Assembly: GCF_013149785.1 (NCBI RefSeq)
Contig: NZ_JABEZU010000005.1
Coordinates: 124,001-188,000 of the forward strand
Direction of reading: 5' to 3'
From: Isoptericola halotolerans
GTDB lineage: Bacteria; Actinomycetota; Actinomycetes; Actinomycetales; Cellulomonadaceae
Length of the DNA: 64,000 bases
Each line of letters starts with the position of its first letter. Within the stretch, counting starts at the first letter, position 1. A program made the translations under genes and the position numbers. Positions 43,678-53,928 of the stretch are shown here, piece by piece. The notes under the pieces were generated by a model. That model did no database searches. It saw nothing but the letters and a program-made list of their open reading frames with translations, and was not told the origin of the DNA.

Positions 43678-44661
43678 ATGAGACTCCTGGTGCTGGGTGG
43701 TTCGGCGTTCCTGTCCCGGGCGGTCGCGGCCGAGGCGGTGGCCCGGGGGCACCACGTGACCGCCGTGAACCGGGGGAGGTCCGGCCCGGTGCCCGACGGC
43801 GTCCGGCACCTGCGTCTGGACCGTGCGGACCCGGTCCCGGTCGACGTCGCGGCCGAGGACGTCGACGCCGTCGTCGACGTGTCCGGCACGCCGTCGCACG
43901 TGCGGCGGGCCGTCGCCGCCTGGCCCGGCGCGCACTGGGTGCTGGTCTCGACGATCAACGTCTACGCCGACGACGCTGACCCGGCGGGACCGGGTGCGGG
44001 GAGGCTGCGCGACCCCGAGCCGGCGGACGTCGGTCCCGCGGGGCCGGAGACGTACGGCGCGATGAAGATCGCCTGCGAACAGCTGGTGCGCGACGGCGTC
44101 GCGAGCGCCGCCGTCGTCCGTCCCGGGCTGATCGTGGGTCCCGGAGACCCCACAGGGCGCTTCGCCTACTGGCCTGCGCGGATGCGGAGGGTGCTCGAGG
44201 ACCCGCGGTCGGCGGACGTCCTGGCCCCCGGCCGGCCGGCCGATCCGGTGCAGGTGCTCGACGTCCGCGACCTCGCCACGTGGATCGTCGACCTCGCCGA
44301 GCGGCGCACGGTGGGGACGTACGACGCCGTGGGCCCGGTGACTCCGCTCGGGGAGGTGCTGGACGGTGTCGCCCGGGGCTGCGGTGCCTCGCCGCGCTGG
44401 CGATGGCTCGACGACGCGACCCTCGTCGCGCACGACGTGCGGCCCTGGGCGGGGGAGCGGTCGGTCCCGCTGTGGTTGCCTCGGCCGCGGTACGACGGGC
44501 TCGCGGCGCACGACGCCGCTCCCGCCCTGGCCGCCGGTCTGCGACCGCGGTCCGTCCAGGACACCGCCCGCGACGTCCTGGCGTGGCTGCGGGCCGACCC
44601 CACGGCGTCCGTGACGGGCCTGACGGTCGAGCAGGAGGACGAGATCCTCGGACGCGCCTGA
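43678..44661 (+). CDS. NAD-dependent epimerase/dehydratase family protein
   Basis: LVLGGSAFLS, YGAMK, RPGLIVGPGD, DVRDLA. Confidence 0.88.
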   Translation: MRLLVLGGSAFLSRAVAAEAVARGHHVTAVNRGRSGPVPDGVRHLRLDRADPVPVDVAAEDVDAVVDVSGTPSHVRRAVAAWPGAHWVLVSTINVYADDADPAGPGAGRLRDPEPADVGPAGPETYGAMKIACEQLVRDGVASAAVVRPGLIVGPGDPTGRFAYWPARMRRVLEDPRSADVLAPGRPADPVQVLDVRDLATWIVDLAERRTVGTYDAVGPVTPLGEVLDGVARGCGASPRWRWLDDATLVAHDVRPWAGERSVPLWLPRPRYDGLAAHDAAPALAAGLRPRSVQDTARDVLAWLRADPTASVTGLTVEQEDEILGRA

Positions 44662-44763
44662 CGCGCGCCCGGCGCGGGGTGGTGCGGGTGAAAACGGGGG
44701 CGGACCTGGCGTTCTGCACCTCTCGAGGGGTGTCGGAGAGCCGGGGACGGTTACCGTCGAACG

Positions 44764-45822
44764 GTGACCGAGGACGAGATCACCGCCGGCGTGCAGCTCT
44801 GCCTGCCCGACGGCTCGTTGGACCCCGACGCCGTGGGCTGGACCCGCGAGCCCCTGCACGACACGTCGGGCATCGGCCGTGGGCGACGGCGGGGGCGCGA
44901 CAAACGGTGGGAGTACTGGGGCATCATGACGCCGACGCACGTCGTCGCGGTGACGACCGCGGCGCTCGACTACGCGGCCCTGCACCAGGTGTACGTCCTG
45001 GAGCGCTCCACGGGGATCGAGACGGACGACGTGGTCGTCGCTCCGTTGTCGGGGACGGCCGAGCTGCCCGGCACCATCGGTGGCGGCGCGGTGCGGTCGC
45101 GCACGCGGCGCGTGGAGATCGCCGTGGACGACGCGCACCGGACCGCCGAGCCGGCCGAGCGCGGCGGGCACAGCGGGTACCGCCCCGCGACCCGCCTGCG
45201 GGCCCGGACCTCCAGGGTCGAGCTGGACGTCGTCATCGCCCGTCCGGCCACGCACGAGGTGCTGGGAGTCGTCGTCCCCTGGTCGTCGCGTCGTTTCCAG
45301 TACACCGTCAAGGACGTCGGGCGTCCCGTGCGCGGGTCGTTGCGTGTCGACGGCACGAGCCACGCGATCGCCGGGCCGGCGTGGGCGGTGCACGACCACG
45401 GTCGCGGCCGCTGGCCGTACTCGGTGTCGTGGCAGTGGGGCGTCGGCTTCGGCACGGTGCGCGACGCCGCGGGGCGGGAGCGCCGGGTCGGGCTGCAGCT
45501 CGGTGGGTCGTGGACGCGCCAGGGCCCGACGACGGAGAACGCCGTGTTCGTCGACGGCCGGCTGCACAAGATCCACGACGAGCTCGAGTGGTCCTTCGAC
45601 CCGCACGCCTACCTGCGGCCCTGGCACGTGCGGGGTGAACGTCTGGACCTGTCGTTCGCACCCTTCTTCGACCGGGTGAGCCGGACGAACCTCGGTGTCG
45701 TCGCCTCGGCGACGGACCAGTGCTTCGGACGGTGGTCGGGGTGGGTCACGACAGACTCCGGCGAGCGGCTGGACGTCGGACGTCTGGAGGGGTGGGCCGA
45801 GGACGTCCGTCAGCGGTGGTGA
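44764..45822 (+). CDS. DUF2804-like protein
   Basis: KRWEYW, FQYTVKD, DHGRGRWPY, TEN..VDGRLHKI, Q.FG.WSG, GWAE motifs (recall). Confidence 0.7.
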   Translation: MTEDEITAGVQLCLPDGSLDPDAVGWTREPLHDTSGIGRGRRRGRDKRWEYWGIMTPTHVVAVTTAALDYAALHQVYVLERSTGIETDDVVVAPLSGTAELPGTIGGGAVRSRTRRVEIAVDDAHRTAEPAERGGHSGYRPATRLRARTSRVELDVVIARPATHEVLGVVVPWSSRRFQYTVKDVGRPVRGSLRVDGTSHAIAGPAWAVHDHGRGRWPYSVSWQWGVGFGTVRDAAGRERRVGLQLGGSWTRQGPTTENAVFVDGRLHKIHDELEWSFDPHAYLRPWHVRGERLDLSFAPFFDRVSRTNLGVVASATDQCFGRWSGWVTTDSGERLDVGRLEGWAEDVRQRW

Positions 45823-45829
45823 GTCCTGG

Positions 45830-46648
45830 TCATCCGGACTGGTCCTCCGTCGGGTTGCACCGGGCCGCGAGCACGGCCACCAGCCCCACGTCGGGACGCC
45901 ACGGTTCGAGGTTCCACGTCTCCTTGTCCGGCGCGCCGAGAGTGTGACAGGTGAGCTGGTCGCGCATGGTCGCCGTGTCGACGTCCGGGTCGGCCGCGAC
46001 CAGCTCGGTCCACACGAGCTCCTCGCCCGCGGCCCCCGCGCCCCGTGCCCAGGCGGCGGGGGAGACGGCGAGGGAGCGGCCGCCCTCCCGGTCGCCCCAG
46101 TCGGTGCCCGCCACCGCTTGCGAGCCGAAGGTCGTGGTGGTGCGGCCCGGCGCGTCGGCGACGATCTGGACGCCTCCGTCCACCACCGCGAGGTCCGCCC
46201 CGTCGGACGGCGAGGTCAGGGCGGCGATCGCCGTGCCGTCGTCGTCGCGGACGGTCACCGTCCCGTCCGGGTGGAGGTCCAGGGTGCCGACGTCGGTGGT
46301 CAGGAGGGCCGGTGCGTCGGGACCGACGTCGACGGTCACGAGGACCGCCCCCGGTGCCGTGGCGACCTCGGGCGCCGACGTGGAGGAGACGACGAGCTCG
46401 ACGTCACCGGACCGGACGTGCCTCGCTTCCTGGTCGACGGGGGTACCGGGCCGTGAGGGTTCCGAGGGCGTCGGCGAGGGGGCCGACGGCGACGGGGCGG
46501 CCGGAGCGGGCGGGTCGTCGGGCGTTGTCGTGGTCGTGCCCCCGGACGTGCAGGCGGTGAGACCCGCCGTGACGGTCAGCACGACCGCCAGCAGGGGCGA
46601 GACCTGGCGAGGGCGGTGACGGGAGCTCACCGCACCAGTCTGGGGCAT
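45830..46648 (-). CDS. Putative lipoprotein with DUF2599-like C-terminal domain
   Basis: Lipobox LTAC; C-terminal MRDQLTCH...KETWNLEPWRP...CNP. Confidence 0.72.
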   Translation of the reverse strand: MPQTGAVSSRHRPRQVSPLLAVVLTVTAGLTACTSGGTTTTTPDDPPAPAAPSPSAPSPTPSEPSRPGTPVDQEARHVRSGDVELVVSSTSAPEVATAPGAVLVTVDVGPDAPALLTTDVGTLDLHPDGTVTVRDDDGTAIAALTSPSDGADLAVVDGGVQIVADAPGRTTTTFGSQAVAGTDWGDREGGRSLAVSPAAWARGAGAAGEELVWTELVAADPDVDTATMRDQLTCHTLGAPDKETWNLEPWRPDVGLVAVLAARCNPTEDQSG

Positions 46649-46687
46649 GCGGGCGTCCGGTCGGTGAACGGCCCCTGGGCAAACGGG

Positions 46688-46706
46688 TGAGGTTCGCCTA
46701 ACCTCA
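46688..46706. promoter_or_regulatory. IdeR/DtxR iron box
   Basis: TGAGGTTCGCCTAACCTCA versus consensus TTAGGTTAGSCTAACCTAA; overlaps -10 TAACCT of the SIP gene. Confidence 0.82.
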
Positions 46707-46710
46707 CCGT

Positions 46711-47538
46711 ATGAGTGCTTACAAGGGCCGCCGTCCGGTCGAGCCGCACGTGCTGGTCGCCGAGGTCGTCACGACCAAGCGCATGTCGCAGAACCTGGTC
46801 CGCGTCACCCTCGGTGGCCCGGGGATCGGTCAGCTCACCCTCGGCGGTCACGACCAGTGGTTCCGGCTCTTCCTGCCGCGGCCGGGCCAGGACGCCATGC
46901 GCCTGCCCACCCGCACCTCCAGCCTCGGCTGGTACGCGCAGTACCTCGTCACGCCGCGGTCGCAGCGCCCCTGGGTCCGCAGCTACACCATCCGGGGATC
47001 CCGGCCCGACCTGCACGAGATCGACGTGGACTTCGTGGTCCACGGCGCGGACGACGAGCCGCACGGGCCCGGGACAACGTTCGCCGAGACGGCCCGGCCG
47101 GGTGACAGCGTCGGCATCCTCGACCAGGGCATCGGCTACAACCCGCGCCACGAGCACGACTGGACGCTGCTCGTGGCGGACGAGTCGGGCCTGCCCGCCG
47201 TGGCAGGTGTCTGCGAGTCGCTGGCGGACGACGCCCGCGGCATCGCCGTCGTCGAGGTCCCCACCGCCGACGACAAGCAGGACTTTCGGGTCCCCGACGG
47301 GATCGAGCTGCTGTGGGTGGAGCGAGACCGCGCCGACCCGGCCGCCGTGCCCGGTGCGGCGGCGCTCGCCGTCGTGCGGGAGGCGCGCTTCCCGGCAGGG
47401 GCCGTGTACGCGTTCGCGGTCGGTGAGTCCGGACTCGCCACGGGGGTGCGACGGCACCTGGTGAACGACCGTGGGGTCCCCAAGGCGCACGTCGACTTCG
47501 TCGGCTACTGGCGCCACGGCAGGGCGGCGCAGAGCTGA
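46711..47538 (+). CDS. Siderophore-interacting protein (ViuB-like ferric reductase)
   Basis: RSYTIR, DVDFVVHG, VADESGLPA, GES, GYWR. Confidence 0.92.
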   Translation: MSAYKGRRPVEPHVLVAEVVTTKRMSQNLVRVTLGGPGIGQLTLGGHDQWFRLFLPRPGQDAMRLPTRTSSLGWYAQYLVTPRSQRPWVRSYTIRGSRPDLHEIDVDFVVHGADDEPHGPGTTFAETARPGDSVGILDQGIGYNPRHEHDWTLLVADESGLPAVAGVCESLADDARGIAVVEVPTADDKQDFRVPDGIELLWVERDRADPAAVPGAAALAVVREARFPAGAVYAFAVGESGLATGVRRHLVNDRGVPKAHVDFVGYWRHGRAAQS

Positions 47539-47569
47539 CCGTCGGCGCGCGCTCGCTCGACGTCCCCGG

Positions 47570-48493
47570 TCAGACGCGCACCACGATCTTGCCGCGCACG
47601 TGCCCGTCCTCGCTGGCCCGGTGGGCGTCGGCGGCGTCGGCCAGGTCGTAGGTCCGGGCGACCTCGACCCGCAGCGTGCCGGCGTCGAACATCGCGGTGA
47701 GGTCGTCCAGGTCCGCCGTGGAGGGCCGCACCCACACGTAGTGACCGCCGTGCTCGTCCCGGGCCGCAGGGTCCGTGATCGAGGTGATCGTGCCGCCGTC
47801 GGCCAGGACCTCCGCGGAGACCGCGACGGCGTCGCCACCCACGTAGTCCAGCGCGACGTCGACCCCGTCGGGCGCCAGGGCGCGCACCCGTTCGGCGAGC
47901 CCGTCACCGTAGGTCACGGGCTCCGCGCCGAGCGAGCGCAGGAACTCGTGGTTCGCCTCGCTCGCGGTGCCGATCACCCGTGCGCCGAGGGCCCGGGCGA
48001 TCTGCACGGCGAAGCTGCCCACCCCACCCGCGGCGGCATGGACGAGCACCGTCTGGCCGTCGCGGACCCCGGACCGCCGGATCGACTGCAGGGCGGTCAG
48101 CCCGGTCAGGGGGACGGCGGCTGCCTCCTCGAACGACAGCGAGCGCGGCTTGCGCGCCAGCGTGCGCACGGGAGCGGCGACCTTCTCGGCGAACGTACCG
48201 CCGTGCACGACGTCGGTGCGGACGTAGCCGTAGACCTCGTCGCCCACCTGGTGCTCGGGGGTGTCCAGGCCGACCTGCTCCACGACCCCGGCCACGTCCC
48301 AGCCCGGGACCACCGGGAACTGCGCGTCCAGGAGCCCGTCGAGATAGCCCTGACGGACCTTCCAGTCGACAGGGTTCACGGAGGCGGCTCGGACCCCGAC
48401 CACCACGACGTCGGGGCCCACGTGCGGGTCCGGCCGATCGGTGAGCTCGAGGACGTCGGCGTCGCCGTAGGTGCTGTAGGTGATGGCTCGCAT
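47570..48493 (-). CDS. NADP-dependent oxidoreductase (MDR family)
   Basis: MRAITYSTYG, ASVNPVDWK, PGWDVAG, VHAAAGGVG, GKIV. Confidence 0.9.
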   Translation of the reverse strand: MRAITYSTYGDADVLELTDRPDPHVGPDVVVVGVRAASVNPVDWKVRQGYLDGLLDAQFPVVPGWDVAGVVEQVGLDTPEHQVGDEVYGYVRTDVVHGGTFAEKVAAPVRTLARKPRSLSFEEAAAVPLTGLTALQSIRRSGVRDGQTVLVHAAAGGVGSFAVQIARALGARVIGTASEANHEFLRSLGAEPVTYGDGLAERVRALAPDGVDVALDYVGGDAVAVSAEVLADGGTITSITDPAARDEHGGHYVWVRPSTADLDDLTAMFDAGTLRVEVARTYDLADAADAHRASEDGHVRGKIVVRV

Positions 48494-48546
48494 ACCCGGG
48501 GCAACCGTCCACCGCTCCGTCGCATTCCGGCCGTGCCCGCAGCACC

Positions 48547-51105
48547 TCACTCCACCCGGACGTCCTGCGGTCGCTTGTCCGCGCGCCGTCCTCGCCACAC
48601 CGGGTGCCGCAGGCTCCCCGCGCCCGGGGTCCCGCCGGTCCAGCCGGCGTGCGCCACCTCGACGACCTCGGTGGGCTCGACCCAGCGGGCGCCTGCGGAA
48701 TCGACGGCCGGGACGTCCGCGACGGCCGGGTCGGTGCGCTCTGCTGCCACCAGCACGTCCCGCAACGCGCGGCGCTCGGTGTCCCGGAACCCGGTGCCGA
48801 CCCGTCCGATGAACCGCAGGCCGCCGTCGTCGGGCACGGCGAGGAGCAGGCCTCCCACCGACCGGGGGTCCTCCGTCGGCGTCCCGCTGCGCAACGGACG
48901 CCAGCCCACCACGACGGCCTCCTGCACGGCGACGTGCTTGGCCCGCAACCAGTCGCGGGAGCGGTGCCCGGCGGCGTACGGGGAGGTGCGCCGCTTCGCC
49001 AGCACTCCCTCCAGCCCGAGGCGCTGCGACTCGGCCATGGCCTCCTGCGCGCTGCCGGGTAGGACGTCCGGCACGTGCACCGGAGGACGGGGCGTCACCA
49101 CCCGTGCCAGGATCGCCCGGCGCTCGTCGTACGGATGGTCGACGACGTCGATACCCGCCACACGCAGCACGTCGAAGAGCACCAGGTCCACGCCGACGCC
49201 GCGACGGGCCCGCTCCACGTCGCGCGGCCGGACCAGGTTGGCGCGCTGCTGCAGGCGCCGGAAGCTCGGCCGCCCCTGGGCGTCCAGCGCGACCACCTCG
49301 CCGTCCAGCACCATCGGCAGCTCGTCGTCCGGCACCATCGTGGCCAGTCCGGCGAGCTCGGGGAACGTGGCGGTGAGGTCGCGCCCCGAGCGGGAGGTGA
49401 GGCGCACGCGCGCGGGTGCGTCGCCGTCCTCGGCGGCCAGCACCTCGACGATCGCCCGGAACCCGTCCCACTTGGCCTCGAACGCCCACTCGTCGGCGCC
49501 CATCCGTGCCAGCTCCGCGGGCGAGGCGGTCGTGGCCAGCATCGGGCGAGGTGCGGGACCCGGCACAGCACCGGGCACAGCACCGGACGACGGCCGTGCC
49601 TCCTCACGCCCTGCCCCCGGTGACGTGGTGTCCGGCTCGCGGGCCGGGCCCTCGCCGTCGGGCTGGGCCTTCGTGCGGTGGATCAGCCAGCCGTTCTCGC
49701 TGCCGTCCCGTCCGCCGGTGTGGATCAGGGCGAGCCGGCGCGACCCGCGGCGCTCGCTGTGCAGGGTGACGATCACCTCCCTGCCCTCGCGCCACTTCTC
49801 GAGCTCGTAGGTCCCGGAGTCCCAGATCGTCACCTCCCCGGCGCCGTACTCGCCGGCGGGGATCGTGCCCTCGAAGCCCCCGTACTCCAGCGGATGGTCC
49901 TCCGTCTGTACCGCGAGGTGGTTCTGCGCAGGATCGGTCGGTTCGCCCCTGGGCAGCGCCCAGCTCACGAGGACGCCCTCGTGCTCCAGGCGGAAGTCCC
50001 AGTGCAGCCGCCGGGCGTGGTGCTCCTGGATGACGAACGACGGGCCGGTGGTGGTGCTCGCGGGGGCCGGTGTCGTTCCGGCCTCGCGCCCGGCTCCCGG
50101 CCCGAAGGGCTCCGGCGTCCTGCCCGGGTCACGCTTGGACCGGTAGGTCTCGAGCCGCTGGAAGGACGCGAGCCGCTCGGGTGTGGGTTCGAGGCGGGAC
50201 AGGTGCCCCGTGAGCAACGGCGCCAGCAGGTCGCCGTCCCGTTCGAGCCGCTCGAGGACCTCGGCGTAGCCGAGCTGGGCCAGGTGCGGGTCGTCCAGCT
50301 CCTCCCACGTCCGCGGCGCCGCGACGGTCGGCTCGTCGCGCCCGCGCAACGAGTAGGGCGCGATCGTGGTCTTGGCCCCGTTGTTCTGCGACCAGTCGAC
50401 CAGCACCTTGCCCGTGCGCAGCGACTTCTTCATGTCGCTGACCACCAGGTCGGGATGGGCGGACTCCAGGTGACGGGCGAGCTCCTTGGCGACGGCGGAG
50501 ACGGCGTCGGACGTCAGCTCGCCGTGCGCCGCGGTGAGCGCCGCGTACAGGTGGATGCCCTGGGAGCCGCTGGTCACGGGCAGCGGCTCGAGGTCCATGC
50601 CCACGAGGATGTCGCGGGCCAGCCGGGCGACCTCGGCGCACTCGGGCAGGCCCGCGCCGGGACCCGGGTCGAGGTCGAGGACCAGGCGGTCCGGCGCCAG
50701 CGGCGCGCCGGTGCGCCCGAACTGCCACTGCGGGGTGTGGATCTCGAGGGTGGCCGTCTGGCCCAGCCACGTCAGCGTGGCCAGGTCGTCGACCAGCACG
50801 TAGTCGTTGGTGGAGGACGTGTGCCGGATGGTGCGCCGCGGGACCCACTCGGGGGTCGAGGCGTCGAGGTTCTTCTGGAAGAACATCTGGCCGGTCACAC
50901 CGTTCGGCCAGCGTTTGCGCGTGGCCGGCCGGTGCGCGGCGTGCGCCACCAGCGCGGGCGCCACCTGGGCCAGGTAGTGCAGGACCTGGCCCTTCGTGGT
51001 GCCGGCGGCGGGGTAGAGCACCTTGTCCAGGTTGGTCAGCTGCAGCCGACGTCCCTCGACCGAGACGGTCTGCGACCGCCCGGCACGGGGGACGTCGGCT
51101 GTCAT
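48547..51105 (-). CDS. ligD: NHEJ DNA ligase D (polymerase-phosphoesterase-ligase)
   Basis: LTNLDKVLYP, LDLDP, DWSQN (Pol); FVIQEHHARRLHWDFRLE (PE); EAKWDGFR, LDGE, EGVLAK (Lig). Confidence 0.95.
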   Translation of the reverse strand: MTADVPRAGRSQTVSVEGRRLQLTNLDKVLYPAAGTTKGQVLHYLAQVAPALVAHAAHRPATRKRWPNGVTGQMFFQKNLDASTPEWVPRRTIRHTSSTNDYVLVDDLATLTWLGQTATLEIHTPQWQFGRTGAPLAPDRLVLDLDPGPGAGLPECAEVARLARDILVGMDLEPLPVTSGSQGIHLYAALTAAHGELTSDAVSAVAKELARHLESAHPDLVVSDMKKSLRTGKVLVDWSQNNGAKTTIAPYSLRGRDEPTVAAPRTWEELDDPHLAQLGYAEVLERLERDGDLLAPLLTGHLSRLEPTPERLASFQRLETYRSKRDPGRTPEPFGPGAGREAGTTPAPASTTTGPSFVIQEHHARRLHWDFRLEHEGVLVSWALPRGEPTDPAQNHLAVQTEDHPLEYGGFEGTIPAGEYGAGEVTIWDSGTYELEKWREGREVIVTLHSERRGSRRLALIHTGGRDGSENGWLIHRTKAQPDGEGPAREPDTTSPGAGREEARPSSGAVPGAVPGPAPRPMLATTASPAELARMGADEWAFEAKWDGFRAIVEVLAAEDGDAPARVRLTSRSGRDLTATFPELAGLATMVPDDELPMVLDGEVVALDAQGRPSFRRLQQRANLVRPRDVERARRGVGVDLVLFDVLRVAGIDVVDHPYDERRAILARVVTPRPPVHVPDVLPGSAQEAMAESQRLGLEGVLAKRRTSPYAAGHRSRDWLRAKHVAVQEAVVVGWRPLRSGTPTEDPRSVGGLLLAVPDDGGLRFIGRVGTGFRDTERRALRDVLVAAERTDPAVADVPAVDSAGARWVEPTEVVEVAHAGWTGGTPGAGSLRHPVWRGRRADKRPQDVRVE

Positions 51106-51157
51106 GCGCCCATGGTCGCCCGGGTGGCCGGGTGGTGCACACCGGGCCGCCCGGCCC

Positions 51158-51946
51158 TCACTCCCAGCGGAACCACAGGGCGGCGCCGGCTCCCGCCGCG
51201 ACGGTGGCCGTCGCCATCCCCACCAGCGTCTGGCCCGGGACGGCCTGCCCGGCCCACGCCGCGCCGAGCGCGTCCACGGCAGCACCGAACGGCAGCACGC
51301 CGCCCACCTCGGCGAGCACGTCGGGCAGGTTCTCCCGCGGTCCGAACATGCCACCCACGGCGGCCATCGCGAAGAAGGCGATGAGCCCGAGCGCCAGCGC
51401 GGACTGGGGGGTGGGAGCGACCGCGGCGACGAGCATCCCGACGGCGTACATCGAGGCGACGGCGAGGCACAGCACACCGAGCGCCGCCCAGAGGTGTGCA
51501 GGCGGGTTGGCGTCGAAGGTCGTGAGGGCGAGCGTCAGGGCGATCGCGATGCCGAGGGCGATCTGGACGATCCCGACCGCGGCCTGGGCGACGAGCACCA
51601 TCGCCGGCGAGGCCGGGGTGACACCGAGCCGCCGCAGGATGCCGGTGCGCCGGTACCCGGCCACGAAGCTCGGCATGTTGATGACCCCCACCGTGGCGAT
51701 CACCAGGGTCAGGGTCATCGGCAGGACGTAGAGGTCGAACGCGGTGCGTCCTCCCGTCCCGGGGATCACCTCGTCGGTGTCGAACGCGATGCCGTTCATC
51801 ACGAGGATGAGCAGCGGCATGCCGAGCGGGATGACCAGACCACCGGTGTCGCGGGCGACCATCTTCGCCTCGGCGACCGTCATGGCCAGCCACGCCCGGG
51901 CACCGGGACGGACCTCGGGCAGCTGGGGGATCAGGGTGTCGGTCAT
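51158..51946 (-). CDS. ABC transporter permease (ABC-2 type)
   Basis: YRRTGILRRLGVTP motif, about 6 TM segments. Confidence 0.87.
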   Translation of the reverse strand: MTDTLIPQLPEVRPGARAWLAMTVAEAKMVARDTGGLVIPLGMPLLILVMNGIAFDTDEVIPGTGGRTAFDLYVLPMTLTLVIATVGVINMPSFVAGYRRTGILRRLGVTPASPAMVLVAQAAVGIVQIALGIAIALTLALTTFDANPPAHLWAALGVLCLAVASMYAVGMLVAAVAPTPQSALALGLIAFFAMAAVGGMFGPRENLPDVLAEVGGVLPFGAAVDALGAAWAGQAVPGQTLVGMATATVAAGAGAALWFRWE

Positions 51947-52677
51947 CGTGCGGCTCCCGTCAGGGTCAGGTAGGCCTCTTCGAGGCCGGCGTCCGCGGGC
52001 AGGCTGGCGTCGGTGACGAGGCCTGCGGGGGTGTTGTCGGCGATGACGCGCCCGGCGTCGAGCACGATCGCGCGGTCGCACAGCTTCTCCACCTCGTCCA
52101 TGTGGTGGCTGACCAGCAGCACCGTGGTGCCGTCCTCGCGCAGGCCGCGCACCAGGTCGAGCATGCCGCGCCGGGCCTCGGGGTCCAGGCCGGTGGTGAG
52201 CTCGTCGAGGATCACCACCCGCGGGTTGCCCACCAGGGCCACCGCGATGGACACGCGCTGCATCTGCCCGCCGGAGAGCTTCTCGAAGCGGGTGTCGCGC
52301 CGGTCGGCCAGCCCCATGGCCTCGACGAGCTCGTCCGGGTCACGCCCCGTGGGGTAGAACGACCGGTGCAGCCGCACCAGCTCCCGCACGGTCAGCGCGT
52401 CGTGCAGCCGTGGCTGCTGCAGCTGGACGCCGAGCACGCCGCGCACCTTGGCCCGGTCCACCCTCGGGTCGTGCCCCAGGACGCGCACCGTACCGTCGTC
52501 CGCCGCGCGCAACCCGCTGACGAGGTCGACCGTGGTCGACTTGCCGGCCCCGTTGCGGCCGAGCAGCCCGACGATCTCGCCCACCTCGACGTGCAGGCTC
52601 ACGTCGTCCACCGCGACGGTGGTCCGGCCGCGGCGCCGGTACTCCTTGTGCAGGTTCGTCGCTCGTATCGCTGTCAT
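51943..52677 (-). CDS. ABC transporter ATP-binding protein
   Basis: GRNGAGKST, LSGGQ, ILDELTTGLDP. Confidence 0.92.
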   Translation of the reverse strand: MTAIRATNLHKEYRRRGRTTVAVDDVSLHVEVGEIVGLLGRNGAGKSTTVDLVSGLRAADDGTVRVLGHDPRVDRAKVRGVLGVQLQQPRLHDALTVRELVRLHRSFYPTGRDPDELVEAMGLADRRDTRFEKLSGGQMQRVSIAVALVGNPRVVILDELTTGLDPEARRGMLDLVRGLREDGTTVLLVSHHMDEVEKLCDRAIVLDAGRVIADNTPAGLVTDASLPADAGLEEAYLTLTGAAR

Positions 52678-52788
52678 GGCCACGACGCTAGGAGCGGTGC
52701 CGCCGCGGGCGCGCGTGCCGCCGGTCATGACCGCCACCCGTGACTTCTGGCACGCCCGCACCGACCTGACCTGCCGTAGCGTGGAACG

Positions 52789-53928
52789 GTGCGACGACCA
52801 GGGGCAGACACGGTGGCAGGGCTGACGGTGCTCGGCGTGTGCGTGTGCGTCGTGCTGCTCGTCCCGTTGCTCGTCGAGGGGCCGGACCACCTGGTGGCTC
52901 CGTGGGTCTGGTGGACCACAGCGGTCACCTACCTGGCGTCGACCTTCTGGGTGATGGTGCAGAAGCCGCACGCCCGCGGGACGGTGGTCGGTGTCGCCGT
53001 CCAGACGGCGCTCGCGGGTGTGCTGATCATCGGGTGGCCGGGGGCCGGCTGGTTGCCGATCATCCTGGTGTTCGGGGCCGCGCTGAGCACCTACCTGGCG
53101 TCGTGGCGGGTGACGGCGGCGGTGATCGCCGTCAACACGGGCATCCTGCTGGTCGCCTCCGTGCTCGGCGCCCAGCAGCGGGGCGGGGATCTGCCGGTGG
53201 CGGAGCTCGTCCTCGGCGCCGGCCTGTACCTGCTCCTGCAGGTGTCCGCCGCTTTGGTCAGCGCCGCGCTGCAGCGTGAGCAGCGCATGCGTGTGGAGCT
53301 CTCCGTCGCGCACACGGAGCTTGCGGCGGCCACGGTGCTGCGCGACGAGATGAGCCGGGCGTCGGAACGGCTGCGGATCGCGCGCGAGCTGCACGACCTG
53401 CTCGGGCATCAGCTCGCGGTGCTGAGCCTGGAGCTGGAGTCGGCGACGCACCGCGCGGGCACGGCGCAGGCCGAGCACATCGAGCGGGCCCGCAGCACGG
53501 CGCGCGAGCTGCTCGGCGACGTGCGCGCCACCGTGGGGGAGCTGCGCCGCCGGGCGCCCGACTTGCGCGAGGCGCTGGACGCCGTCGCCGCCGCGGTGCC
53601 GCAGCCACGGATCGAGGTGTCCGTGGCCGACGACGTCGTCGCCGACGAGGAGCAGACCGCCGCCCTGATCCGGGTGGCGCAGGAGGCGGCGACGAACGCG
53701 GTCCGCCACGCCGAGGAGGCATCGGTGCTGACGATCGAGGTCACGGCGCGCGGGGAGGAGCTCACGCTGGTCGCACACGACGACGGGTACGCGGCCGGGC
53801 AGGTGACACCGGGCAACGGGTTGCGCGGGATCGTCGAGCGCACCGAGGCGCTCGGGGGCGCGGTGCGCTTCGACGGGTCACGGGGCTTCCGGCTCGAGGT
53901 GGCCATGCCGCAGCGGGTGCGCTCGTGA
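52789..53928 (+). CDS. Membrane sensor histidine kinase (HisKA_3, DesK-like)
   Basis: About 5 TM segments, ERLRIARELHDLLGH, EAATNAVRH, DDG, GNGLRG. Confidence 0.92.
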   Translation: MRRPGADTVAGLTVLGVCVCVVLLVPLLVEGPDHLVAPWVWWTTAVTYLASTFWVMVQKPHARGTVVGVAVQTALAGVLIIGWPGAGWLPIILVFGAALSTYLASWRVTAAVIAVNTGILLVASVLGAQQRGGDLPVAELVLGAGLYLLLQVSAALVSAALQREQRMRVELSVAHTELAAATVLRDEMSRASERLRIARELHDLLGHQLAVLSLELESATHRAGTAQAEHIERARSTARELLGDVRATVGELRRRAPDLREALDAVAAAVPQPRIEVSVADDVVADEEQTAALIRVAQEAATNAVRHAEEASVLTIEVTARGEELTLVAHDDGYAAGQVTPGNGLRGIVERTEALGGAVRFDGSRGFRLEVAMPQRVRS

